From: Candidatus Woesearchaeota archaeon
Lineage (GTDB): Archaea > Nanobdellota > Nanobdellia > Pacearchaeales > GW2011-AR1
Assembly: GCA_964572995.1 (NCBI GenBank)
Contig: CAZNIA010000002.1
Coordinates: forward strand, 1-48,568
Length of the DNA: 48,568 nucleotides
Direction of reading: 5' to 3'
Made by a program: the position numbers and the translations under genes. The notes beneath the pieces are model-generated. The model saw nothing but the letters and a program-made list of their open reading frames with translations, did no database searches and was not told the DNA's origin. The first letter of the stretch is position 1; every line of letters starts with the position of its first letter. Below are positions 43,505 to 48,568 of the stretch, piece by piece.

Positions 43505-44326
43505 TTAATTTCCTTCTCCTGTAGAATTTATTTCAGGAGTTTGAGATAATAATGAATTTATTGCTTTTTCATGCATTCCTGCTTTTCCGATTAGGAATGT
43601 AATTGTTTCAGGAGTAGCATATCCAATATTTACTGCAAAAGGTAATGCTCTACCATAAGCTTCTTTGAAATTTTCAAGAGTTTCATCTGGATTAAGTTCT
43701 ATATTTGGATAGAATGTTTTTGTTGTATTGTCGAATGCTGCTACAGGTATAAATCCTATACTGAATGGTTTTATATCTAATTTTCCCATCATATCTGCAG
43801 CCCCTTGAGAGATTTTTTCTCCTTTTTTAGCCACAACTTTTGGAGATTTGATTGTTATTTTCCCACCTTCAATTTGTATTTGAATCCCTAATGCTCCAAG
43901 TTCGCTTATTGCAGGCCCAGGTACTAAGTCTGTTGGCCCAGCAGGTATTTCAATGTCTTCTGGAGCTATTTGTCCTGCTTTTGCCTTTGAAGGGCTTTTC
44001 TTTCTTATCAAGTCTATTGCCAATTCAAAAGAATCTAAATCTGAGAATAATAATGCAAAATCATTGGTTATGCTTTCTTTTATTTTTTTAATTTCTTGTT
44101 CTTTTGAAGAGTCTAAAGCTTTTATCATCAAATTCTTTTTAGGAACTTTAACTATCGCTTTTCCTCTTAATTTTTTAACTATTTCTTGAAATTGTGAGCC
44201 AGGAATATTTTTTATAGAAACAATTAAGACTGTCTTTTTTTCTTGAATTAATTTAGCCAATTCTGAAACTGCTTTTTTTTTCTTTTCAGGAATTTTTGCT
44301 GTTTTTGCTTTTGTATTTGTTTTCAT
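43505..44326 (-). CDS. rplP0: ribosomal protein uL10 (P0)
   Basis: Position between the uL1 and P1 genes with 1-nt spacers. N-terminal uL10-like region ([34 protein letters not shown]). Short C-terminus. Confidence 0.85.
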   Translation of the reverse strand: MKTNTKAKTAKIPEKKKKAVSELAKLIQEKKTVLIVSIKNIPGSQFQEIVKKLRGKAIVKVPKKNLMIKALDSSKEQEIKKIKESITNDFALLFSDLDSFELAIDLIRKKSPSKAKAGQIAPEDIEIPAGPTDLVPGPAISELGALGIQIQIEGGKITIKSPKVVAKKGEKISQGAADMMGKLDIKPFSIGFIPVAAFDNTTKTFYPNIELNPDETLENFKEAYGRALPFAVNIGYATPETITFLIGKAGMHEKAINSLLSQTPEINSTGEGN

Positions 44327-44327
44327 T

Positions 44328-44960
44328 TTATTTTAAATATATTTTGTGCGGTTTAGTCATTGTGAATTTTATTTCAATGTTCTTTATGTTTTCTTTGTTT
44401 CTTGGAAGAGTTTTAAGAAGTAAGTTGTAAACAGACATTATGTTTTCAATTATATCTTCATCTTTCATACTTTGTTTTCCTATCGGAATCTTTATGCTTG
44501 GTTCTTTTATTTTGATTTTAATGCTGGTATTTATTCTGTTTTTTAATTCTTTGATTGTTTTTTCATCAGCGTTTAGGATTATTCCTAATTGAGGAGAAGG
44601 CATTTTTCCTGTTGGACCTAATGCTCTACCAAAATTAGTAGCGACACTTGGCATTAAACTTGCCTGAGCCATAAAGAAGTCATAAGTAGAAACTAAATGT
44701 TTCATCTTTGCTTTGTCTGAATATTTTTTGAATTCATCTGGAGTTATTGTTTCAACATCTTTGTTTTTAACTTCTAAGAATCCAGCTATTTTTTTGTCTT
44801 TTACTTTGTGAGGAACATTTACAAAAATATTTACATTGCTTTTTTTAACATCAAATTTTTGTAGATTTACAATTAAATCAACTGTTTGATCGAATTTTCT
44901 TTCTTTGGTTTTTCTTAATTCCAATAATCCTTTCTTTAATTCAGCTTCTATTTCTGCCAT
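44328..44960 (-). CDS. rpl1: ribosomal protein uL1
   Basis: RKFDQTVDLIVNL... and GRALGPTGKMPSP are typical uL1 segments. GGAGG lies 13 nt upstream of the ATG. Confidence 0.9.
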   Translation of the reverse strand: MAEIEAELKKGLLELRKTKERKFDQTVDLIVNLQKFDVKKSNVNIFVNVPHKVKDKKIAGFLEVKNKDVETITPDEFKKYSDKAKMKHLVSTYDFFMAQASLMPSVATNFGRALGPTGKMPSPQLGIILNADEKTIKELKNRINTSIKIKIKEPSIKIPIGKQSMKDEDIIENIMSVYNLLLKTLPRNKENIKNIEIKFTMTKPHKIYLK

Positions 44961-44991
44961 TTTATTGTTTTAACCTCCCACATTATTCGTG

Positions 44992-45013
44992 CTGGATATA
45001 GAATGTATTCCAG
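44992..45013 (-). promoter_or_regulatory. hairpin in the 5' leader of the uL1 operon
   Basis: CTGGA(T)ATA-GAATG-TATTCCAG forms 8 bp with one bulge, about 30-50 nt upstream of the rpl1 ATG. Confidence 0.3.
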
Positions 45014-45132
45014 TCCGATATGGTTCAAACGGTTGATTTTCTATATTTTCCTGGCTTTTTAAGCCTTCTGGTTAGGAGGATTTGTTTTTGTATTGCAATA
45101 ATGCTTAAAAACAAAGAATTTTACATTTTAGA

Positions 45133-45390
45133 ATGGACGAATATTATGGATTAAGTTATAAATCTTCTCCAAAGAAGATTTTTTATGCCTTGCACAGATC
45201 AGAAAATAGTTTGGAAATTCTTAATAGTTCAATTCCTCCCAAGAAGATGGGTATTAAATTAAACGAAAAAGGAGAGATAATTATTCCAAAATATTTTTTA
45301 CCTCTTATTGAGATAAGCAGAAAGACTGCATTTGAGATTATTTCTAAAAATGGGATTTCTGAAATAGAAAAATTAGTGGGGAAAATATAA
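45133..45390 (+). CDS. hypothetical small protein, possibly AbrB/SpoVT-like
   Basis: GIKLNEKGEIIIPKYF weakly resembles the looped-hinge-helix signature (G-x-[IV]-x-[IL]-P-K). Confidence 0.35.
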   Translation: MDEYYGLSYKSSPKKIFYALHRSENSLEILNSSIPPKKMGIKLNEKGEIIIPKYFLPLIEISRKTAFEIISKNGISEIEKLVGKI

Positions 45391-45391
45391 A

Positions 45392-45742
45392 ATGGAATTA
45401 GTTGCATTACTTTCATCTGGAAAAGGAACATGGGGGCAGGTTTCTGGTTTAATGAATCATGGAGAATGGGATAAAATTATTGTTATTGGTGACGAATTTG
45501 GTGCAGGATTTACTCACGAGAAGAAATTCGAATTCATTAAAGTTGATTTAAAGGCTAAAATAAAAGATTTGAGAGATGAGTTTTTGAAAAAACTAAAAGG
45601 AAAAATCGATGGAACAGAAGTTGCACTTTCTATTGCAAGTGGAGAAGGAAAAGAGCATATGGCACTTATCTCTGCTTTGATTAATCTCCCTGTTGGAATA
45701 AGATTTGCTGCTTTGACCAAAGAGGGAGTAATTGATTTATAA
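45392..45742 (+). CDS. hypothetical protein
   Basis: 116-aa ORF starting 1 nt after the upstream stop. Confidence 0.45.
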   Translation: MELVALLSSGKGTWGQVSGLMNHGEWDKIIVIGDEFGAGFTHEKKFEFIKVDLKAKIKDLRDEFLKKLKGKIDGTEVALSIASGEGKEHMALISALINLPVGIRFAALTKEGVIDL

Positions 45743-45752
45743 TTATTTTTTT

Positions 45753-46082
45753 ATGGAAGAGAATAAAAAAAGTTTAATAAATAAAATATCTTGGACAGAA
45801 AAATCAGAATATATTTTTGATTCAAGCAAAGAAGAAAATATTTTGTTTAGATGTAAGCAGCTAGAGAATGAAGGTTTTGGGATGCTTGCTTCGTCTTTGG
45901 ATACTTCAATTATAGATTCAAGCAATTCTATTGTTTGCCCTGATGGTGAAATATTTCTCCCTTTAGAAATTAGAAAGTATTGGGATAGAAGAAATGGTAG
46001 TTATAGTTCAAAAAATCCAAATGATGTTAAAATGCACAAGGTAAGAGTGTATTATTTAAGTTTTACTGGAGAGATGAAATAA
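45753..46082 (+). CDS. hypothetical protein
   Basis: ATG at 45753 (MEENKKS). The track start at 45732 is a TTG. Confidence 0.4.
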   Translation: MEENKKSLINKISWTEKSEYIFDSSKEENILFRCKQLENEGFGMLASSLDTSIIDSSNSIVCPDGEIFLPLEIRKYWDRRNGSYSSKNPNDVKMHKVRVYYLSFTGEMK

Positions 46083-46114
46083 TTGTTTTTGTAACTCTTT
46101 TTTAAAATACAATA

Positions 46115-46125
46115 ATTATTTAAAA
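46115..46125 (+). promoter_or_regulatory. TATA-box-like element
   Basis: ATTATTTAAAA is centred about 27 nt upstream of the ATG at 46147. Confidence 0.35.
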
Positions 46126-46146
46126 CAATTGATGTTTTTGGTTTTA

Positions 46147-46707
46147 ATGATTACCTATAACGATATATATGAAGCAGCAAGAAAAGAGAGATATTCAGAG
46201 CAGTTACAACAGATACCAAAAAATTTTGTCTCGGAATTTTCAAAATATGTTAAAGAAAAAAAAGAAATTGCTTCCAAAGAAGAAGGGGATTTTTCAGATG
46301 CTGTTATTAAAACAAAAAAACAATTAGAAAATGCAACGACTTTATTTAAAGAACTTGTTATTAGAAGAAGAAAAAAGATTTTGAATTTAGTTCTTATTGC
46401 TACAGAAACAGGCATTTCAAAGCAGGATTTTGAAAATATGCTTGCTATAGAAAAAGAGCTTTTTGAAGGATTGATGCGGTGCATGGATTCTTCTGAAAAG
46501 AGATTAAATGAATCTCTTAATGGGAATGGGAAGGGAGAGCCAGTTAAAAACAATGATTTAGTTGTCTTTTTGGAAGACGTTGAGGAATTTTTAGGCGTTG
46601 ATGAAGATAAAATGGGTCCTTATAAAAAAGGAGATATTTCAAATTTGCCTAAAGAAATATCAAAAATACTTTTTGACGGCGGTAAAATAGAAATCTTGGA
46701 AAAGTAA
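46147..46707 (+). CDS. GINS subunit (Gins51-like)
   Basis: A-domain pattern IYEAARKERYSEQLQQIPKNFVSEFSKYV and LVIRRRKKILNL. B-domain pattern FLEDVEEFLGVDEDKMGPYKKGDISNLPKEISKILFDGGKIEIL parallels my memory of archaeal Gins51 (YGPFxxGDxxxxPxxxxxxL). Confidence 0.55.
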   Translation: MITYNDIYEAARKERYSEQLQQIPKNFVSEFSKYVKEKKEIASKEEGDFSDAVIKTKKQLENATTLFKELVIRRRKKILNLVLIATETGISKQDFENMLAIEKELFEGLMRCMDSSEKRLNESLNGNGKGEPVKNNDLVVFLEDVEEFLGVDEDKMGPYKKGDISNLPKEISKILFDGGKIEILEK

Positions 46708-46738
46708 GTTTTATTAATGTGTTTCTTATTATTTTTAT

Positions 46739-46939
46739 ATGGATAATAATAGATTAATCTGGGGATGGATTTTAATTGTTTTGGGTGTAATTTGGACAAT
46801 TGTTTGTTTTTTTACCACATTTTTTATGTTGATTTATTCAATTCCTCTTGTGATTATTGGAATTTTTATTTTGTTGAATAAAAAAGAAGATACAATTGAA
46901 AAAAGAAAGGATTTAAAAGAAAAAGAGTATACTCAATAA
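46739..46939 (+). CDS. small 2-TM membrane protein
   Basis: 66 aa with two hydrophobic helices and a charged tail. Confidence 0.45.
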   Translation: MDNNRLIWGWILIVLGVIWTIVCFFTTFFMLIYSIPLVIIGIFILLNKKEDTIEKRKDLKEKEYTQ

Positions 46940-46940
46940 T

Positions 46941-47267
46941 ATGGCAAATGAGATAATTGTTACAACTGCATTTGAAGTTCCAGGAAGGAAAATTGTGAAA
47001 GTTCTGGGGATAGCAAGGGGGAACACTGTAAGAGCAAGAAATGTTGGGAGAGATATAGGTGCAGGATTTAAGAACTTAATAGGTGGGGAAATAAAAACTT
47101 ACACAGAAATGACTGCTCAATCCAGAGATGAGGCTTTTAATAGAATGATTAATGATGCTCTTGCGATGGGAGCAGATGCAATAATCGGCTTTAATTTTTC
47201 TACTTCTATGGTTATGCAAGGTGCTTCTGAGATGCTTGCATATGGGACAGCTGTTAAATTAGCTTGA
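46941..47267 (+). CDS. YbjQ/UPF0145-family protein
   Basis: IIVTTAFEVPGRKIVKVLGIARGNTVRARNVGRDIGAGFKNLIGGEI..YTEM...R.EA...M...A..MGADAIIG fits the family consensus. Confidence 0.8.
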   Translation: MANEIIVTTAFEVPGRKIVKVLGIARGNTVRARNVGRDIGAGFKNLIGGEIKTYTEMTAQSRDEAFNRMINDALAMGADAIIGFNFSTSMVMQGASEMLAYGTAVKLA

Positions 47268-47292
47268 TTTTTTAAAATAAAATTTTTTAATT

Positions 47293-47913
47293 TTATCTTT
47301 TATTTGCAAAAAATACTCCGAGAAGTCCAATCAAGAAAAGTATTGCTCCATATCCAAGAGAACCTTTTACTGTTTCTGCGATTAAATTTCCTGTTAATGC
47401 TGGATATCCAATAGATATACCCAAAATAATGGATAACAAGGATACTACTGTTATTGATTTCTCTAAAAATGGTGCCCTGTTTCCAAAATGTTTATCATAA
47501 TAACGAAGAATTTCTGAATCCTTTTCACCAAAATCCATTTTGAAATGGGATTTTTCAACCAATAAACCTCCTCTTAAAGCAAGATCTTGTCTGTATTTAT
47601 CTATTTCTTTAGATAAAATCATCTTGCTTTCTTTTTTAGAAATAGCGTCTTTCATGTAATAGAAGATTTCTCTTCCTTCTGAAAAGTTTTCTGTGTATGT
47701 TCTGTCTTCCAATAATGCTAAACCGTCTTTTAATAATAATTTAACAGATTCGAATTTTTTTTCTGGATTTTTTGGATATTTTCTTAAATAATTATAACTA
47801 GTAGTTATTGCTTCTTCCAAGTTCTTTTTCCAAGAATCAACTGCATTTCCATGTCTTTTTTTTGCTTCTTGTATTATTCTTTTATTGAATGATGTTTCCT
47901 CTTTTTTTACCAT
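47293..47913 (-). CDS. hypothetical protein with two C-terminal TM helices
   Basis: 206-aa ORF. The N-domain is soluble. The C-terminus has VVSLLSIILGISIGYPALTG and GYGAILFLIGLLGVFFA. Confidence 0.5.
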   Translation of the reverse strand: MVKKEETSFNKRIIQEAKKRHGNAVDSWKKNLEEAITTSYNYLRKYPKNPEKKFESVKLLLKDGLALLEDRTYTENFSEGREIFYYMKDAISKKESKMILSKEIDKYRQDLALRGGLLVEKSHFKMDFGEKDSEILRYYDKHFGNRAPFLEKSITVVSLLSIILGISIGYPALTGNLIAETVKGSLGYGAILFLIGLLGVFFANKR

Positions 47914-47960
47914 TAAATAGATTGGTAAGATTTATTTATAAAGATTATTGGAATTCAACA

Positions 47961-48105
47961 GAAGTTCAAAAGCCTGTAGACACTCAATAAATTTCGATCT
48001 ACATTCTTTACTTGATTTGAAGCTGCAAGGCCTGTAGAGCAAAACCTACATTTGAATTTGGAAATTTTGCTACAACAAGCTTTTCTTCGCAAAGCCTGTA
48101 GAGGG
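47961..48105. repeat. three degenerate tandem units (58-64-nt period) sharing the core GCCTGTAGA
   Basis: GAAGTTCAAAAGCCTGTAGACAC (47961), GAAGCTGCAAGGCCTGTAGAGCA (48019), TTCTTCGCAAAGCCTGTAGAGGG (48083). Units 1 and 2 also share a downstream CTACATT that can pair with GTAGA. Confidence 0.6.
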
Positions 48106-48230
48106 AATTGGAGGATTTGTTTAAAGCCGAATCAATAGTCTTTAACTGATTTTATAGTAAATTAAATTATTTAAACTATTTAAATGTTTGTTTTATCGTC
48201 GGTATAAGAATTAGTAGCTCGATTATAATA

Positions 48231-48568
48231 TCATATTTTATCTACTGCTCTGCTAATTATCCCCTCTTGAGAACTCAAATAAAACTTATTACATAATTTT
48301 AGAAACTCTGGTGCTGGAGGTAAATCTTTATAGAAAGAAGGTAGTTTTTTATTTATCTCTGGAAGACCTAAAGAGAGAAGTATTCTCTCTATTAATTGAT
48401 TAACATTATTAAAATGAGGAGATAATGTTGGAGATATGAACACTACGTTTCTTTTAATATGTACATCTTTATTTTTTTCTTCTAGTTCAAAGATGGATTT
48501 AACAATATCTGTTATTAATAATTCAATTATATCTTCTTTTTTAGAATTATCAACTAGCTCTAAAAGTT
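48231..48568 (-). CDS. hypothetical protein, 5'-truncated by the window edge
   Basis: The reading frame stays open from 48443 to the window end (..LLELVDNSKKEDIIELLITDIVKSIFELEEKNKDVHIKRNVVFISPTL..). The GTG at 48443 in the track is therefore probably internal. Confidence 0.5.
   Translation of the reverse strand, partial: LLELVDNSKKEDIIELLITDIVKSIFELEEKNKDVHIKRNVVFISPTLSPHFNNVNQLIERILLSLGLPEINKKLPSFYKDLPPAPEFLKLCNKFYLSSQEGIISRAVDKI

Noticed and set aside
2431-46553. Many 60-150-aa ORFs in the supplied track that lie antisense to or out of frame inside larger genes (e.g. 2431-2655, 2893-3075, 3650-3841, 5488-5933, 6239-6484, 9038-9232, 10490-10756, 16190-16408, 17209-17598, 19144-19413, 20272-20508, 22289-22825, 30905-31568, 31640-32035, 32451-33407, 33542-33793, 35127-35336, 38187-38642, 40457-41185, 41648-41833, 43852-44189, 45183-45431, 45514-45925, 46155-46553)
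   Set aside because: They overlap genes with clear family motifs. Their products are low-complexity (F/L/S/I-rich), as expected for shadow frames of AT-rich, K/E-rich coding sequence. None shows a recognisable motif.
47961-48105. Possible mini CRISPR array (three repeats with a ~60-nt period)
   Set aside because: There are only three copies, with ~70% identity between them, no clear repeat boundaries and no cas genes in the window. It is kept as an unexplained tandem repeat, not called CRISPR.
1-48568. Alternative genetic code or stop-codon recoding
   Set aside because: All recognisable conserved genes are full length with standard stops (TAA, TGA, TAG). None shows an in-frame stop within conserved domains.

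Overview
AT-rich (about 30% GC by eye, not computed), very gene-dense archaeal chromosome fragment. The gene content points to a small-genome DPANN-type archaeon; this is an inference. Supporting traits are a split Hef, a stand-alone Bud32, an intron-containing tRNA, many small secreted or membrane proteins, and almost no metabolism. The backbone is information processing: Hef helicase plus XPF nuclease, an RPA-like SSB, RadA, EndoQ-like nuclease, a RecJ/GAN-like DHH protein, a GINS-like protein, aIF2-alpha, aEF-1beta, an unannotated Nop10, uS15, uL1/P0/P1, SRP54, FtsY, Bud32, tRNA-Gln (with intron) and tRNA-Ser. A few housekeeping genes are also present: an arginase-family enzyme, NDK, archaeal-type PGM, CorA, VKOR, MinD/ParA and YbjQ. 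Two accessory blocks stand out. (i) 6.5-16.0 kb is a complete type IV filament locus. It has an oversized secretion ATPase, a 725-aa polytopic membrane protein, at least 8 prepilin-like genes plus 3 micro-ORFs missed by the ORF track, and an A24-type prepilin peptidase. Two of the prepilin-like genes share a 62-nt near-identical 5' end encoding an unusually long leader. (ii) 18.0-25.7 kb is a same-strand cassette. It holds a 1853-aa internally duplicated, sequon-rich surface protein with a C-terminal TM and cytoplasmic coiled coil. Next comes a 284-aa protein that repeats that stalk/TM/tail architecture and a juxtamembrane motif, then a 2-TM protein and a KaiC-like ATPase. I consider block (ii), possibly working together with (i), the best candidate for an undescribed cell-surface or host-attachment system. 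All functional calls rest on motifs read by eye and on remembered family signatures; no searches were run.
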